NCBI RefSeq assembly: GCF_963921235.1
Contig: NC_086108.1
Span: forward strand, 3,844,001 to 3,908,000
Length of the DNA stretch: 64,000 nucleotides
Direction of reading: 5' to 3'
DNA from: Mobula hypostoma
Lineage: Eukaryota
Part shown: positions 61,355 to 64,000 of the stretch, piece by piece
Layout: each line of letters starts with the position of its first letter
Numbering within the stretch: position 1 is the stretch's first letter
Position numbers and translations under genes: made by a program
Notes under the pieces: model-generated
Told to the model about the DNA's origin: nothing
Databases searched by the model: none
Seen by the model: only the letters and a program-made list of their open reading frames with translations

Positions 61355-62348
61355 TAACCGATTGGAGGATTGTGACTAGTGGTGTCCCACAAGGATCTGT
61401 TCTGGGACCTCTACTTTTATTAACGACCTGGATGTGGGGGTAGAAGGATGGGTTGGCAAGTTTGCAGACGACACAAAGGTTGGTGGTGTTGTAGATAGTG
61501 TAGAGGATTGTCAAAGATTGCAGAGAGACTTTGATAGGATGCAGAAGTGGGCTGAGAAGTGGCAGATGGAGTTCAACCTGGAGAAGTGTGAGGTGGTACA
61601 CTTTGGAAGGTCAAACTCCAAGGCAGAGTACAAAGTAAATGGTAGGTTACTTGGTAGTGTGGAGGAGCAGAGGGATCTGGAGATACATGTCCACAGATCC
61701 CTGAAAGTTGCCTCACAGGTGGATAGGGTAGTTAAGAAAGCTTATGGGGTGTTAGCTTTCATAAGTCGAGGGATAGAGTTTAAGAGTCGTGATGTAATGA
61801 TGCAGCTCTGTAAAACTCTGGTTAGGCCACACTTGGAGTACTGTGTCCAGTTCTGGTCGCCTCACTATAGGAAGGATGTGGAAGCGTTGGAAAGGGTACA
61901 GAGGAGATTTACCAGGATGCTGCCTGGTTTAGAAAGTATGCATTATGATCAGAGATTAAGGGAACTAGGGCTTTACTCTTTGGAGAGAAGGAGGATGAGA
62001 GGAGACATGATAGAGGTGTACAAGATAATAAGAGGAATAGATAGAGTGGATAGCCAGCGCCTCTTCCCCAGGGCACCACTGCTCAATACAAGAGGACATG
62101 GCTTTGAGATAAGGGGCAGGAAGTTCAAGAGGGATATTAGAGGAAGGTTTTTTACTCAGAGAGTGGTTGGTGCGTGGAATGCACTGCCTGAGTCAGTGGT
62201 GGAGGCAGATACACTAGTGAAGTTTAAGAGACTACTAGACAGGTATATGGAGGAATTTAAGGTGGGGATTTATATGGGAGGCAGGGTTTGAGGGTCGGCA
62301 CAACATTGTGGGCTGAAGGGCCTGTAATGTGCTGTACTATTCTATGTT
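61355..62348 (+). mobile_element. 5'-truncated CR1
   Basis: ORF 61434-62291 (FADDTK..YCVQFWSPH); 3' UTR GGGCTGAAGGGCCTGTA..TATTCTATGTT. Confidence 0.94.
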
Positions 62349-62931
62349 ATACATCTGTTGGAATGTGTGAGGAAACCAGAGAGAACGTACAAAGACCATG
62401 GCGGGATTTGAACCCATGTCACTGACTCGGTAATAGGGTACACTAGCTGCTATGCTACCATGCCACCGCTAAACAAATTCCCAGCTTTGCTTCACATCCT
62501 GAGCTCAAACACAGAGACCCTGCTCATCCTGTCCTGGTGAGCAACCTGCCCCATCAGGGAGTCGAGCCGAGGCCTCTCTTGCTCTTTTAACCGGACGCTA
62601 AAGATTGCCACAAAGACAACAAATTTCAAGTCATCTGCCGGTGACATCAAACCTGATTCTGATTCTGAGCTGTCCCAGTCTGGACACGAGAAGCCACTTT
62701 ACCAGAATGAGTTACGTCATCACGCTACCACGTAATACGTATGCACTTCGCTTGAAGTAAAAACTAAAGGCAGACTTGCATTCCCGTCTCCCTTGTTCTA
62801 TTAATGATTTAATGTTTTGAAGTTACAAGACATGCCAGAAAAGCCTTGTGATATTTCTCTGCGTTATCCAACACTCGATAAGGGGCAGCATGGAATGTTG
62901 TTGTGAAGACAAGCTCTGGATGTGCGAGGGA

Positions 62932-63940
62932 ATGGAAACATAGAAACATAGAAAATAGGTGCAGGAGTAGGCCATTCGGCCCTTCCAGCCTGCACCGCCA
63001 TTTATTATGATCATGGCTGATCATCCAACTCAGAACCCCGCCCCAGCCTTCCCTCCATACCCCCTGACCCCCGTAGTCACAAGGGCCATATCTAACTCCC
63101 TCTTAAATATAGCCAATGAACTGGCCTCAACTGTTTCCTGTGGCAGAGAATTCCACAGATTCACCACTCTCTGTGTGAAGAAGTTTTTCCTAATCTCGGT
63201 CCTAAAAGGCTTCCCCTCTATCCTCAAACTGTGACCCCTCGTTCTGGACTTCCCCAACATCGGGAACAATCTTCCTGCATCTAGCCTGTCCAATCCCTTT
63301 AGGATCTTATACGTTTCAATCAGATCCCCCCTCAATCTTCTAAATTCCAATGAGTACAAGCCCAGTTCATCCAGTCTTTCTTCATATGAAAGTCCTGCCA
63401 TCCCAGGAATCAATCTGGTGAACCTTCTTTGTACTCCCTCTATGGCAAGGATGTCTTTCCTCAGATTAGGGGACCAAAACTGCACACAATTCTCCAGGTG
63501 TGGTCTCACCAAGGCCTTGTACAACTGCAGTAGTACCTCCCTGCTCCTATACTCGAATCCTCTCACTATAAATGCCAGCATACCATTCGCCTTTTTCACC
63601 GCCTGCTGTACCTGCATGCCCACTTTCAATGACTGGTGTATAATGACACCCAGGTCTCGTTGCACCTCCCCTTTTCCTAATCGGCCACCATTCAGATAAT
63701 AATTCGTTTTCCTATTTTTGCCACCAAAGTGGATAACTTCACATTTATCCACATTAAATTGCATCTGCCATGAGTTTGCCCACTCACCCAACCTATCCAA
63801 GTCACCCTGCATCCTCTTAGCATCCTCCTCACTGCTAACACTGCCACCGAGCTTCGTATCATCCGCAAACTTGGAGATGCTGCATTTAATTCCCTCATCC
63901 AAGTCATTAATATATATTGTAAACAACTGGGGTCCCAGCA
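62932..63940 (-). mobile_element. 5'-truncated CR1 with an uninterrupted RT C-terminal frame (young)
   Basis: ORF 63030-63941 (LGPQLF..FADD..RRFTRLIPG); tail (GAAACATA)n at 62935-62952. Confidence 0.94.
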
Positions 63941-64000
63941 AGTGGATCTTTTTATCTGGTTGGCAAAATATACCAAGTGTTGCGTAAGAGAGAGAGAGAG

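Noticed and set aside
61355..63940. Tail-to-tail CR1 pair as a composite element
   Set aside because: Different subfamilies with different tails; independent insertions.

Overview
Eukaryotic, repeat-saturated DNA, most likely from a cartilaginous fish (shark/ray); this is inferred from HE1-like V-SINEs, many CR1 LINEs and Penelope hammerhead remnants. No host protein-coding gene is recognisable. Bases 1-26254 are a homogeneous 95-bp satellite (about 275-280 monomers, open at the window edge) with nested higher-order duplications. The monomer is the ORF2 C-terminus/stop region of a Rex1/Babar-type LINE (..RSHTTRFRNSYYPTTIRLLN), and the array runs directly into the parent LINE body at about 26255-26480. 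The same monomer, with the same novel junction, forms short arrays at 54621-55131 (about 5 copies) and 58561-59224 (7 copies), each embedded in a different, diverged LINE copy. This suggests a LINE-derived satellite that seeds itself into old LINE copies. The rest is nested mobile DNA. It includes a degenerate Tf1/sushi-type chromoviral Gypsy element (35184-45403; TATTG TSD, self-priming PBS) whose Gag zinc knuckle is split by a near full-length CR1 fused to a second non-coding retroelement. There are also many CR1, Rex/Babar, RTE-like, R4/Dong, Penelope, V-SINE and Tc1-MITE fragments. The hundreds of 63-65 aa ORFs in the track are artefacts of the satellite.
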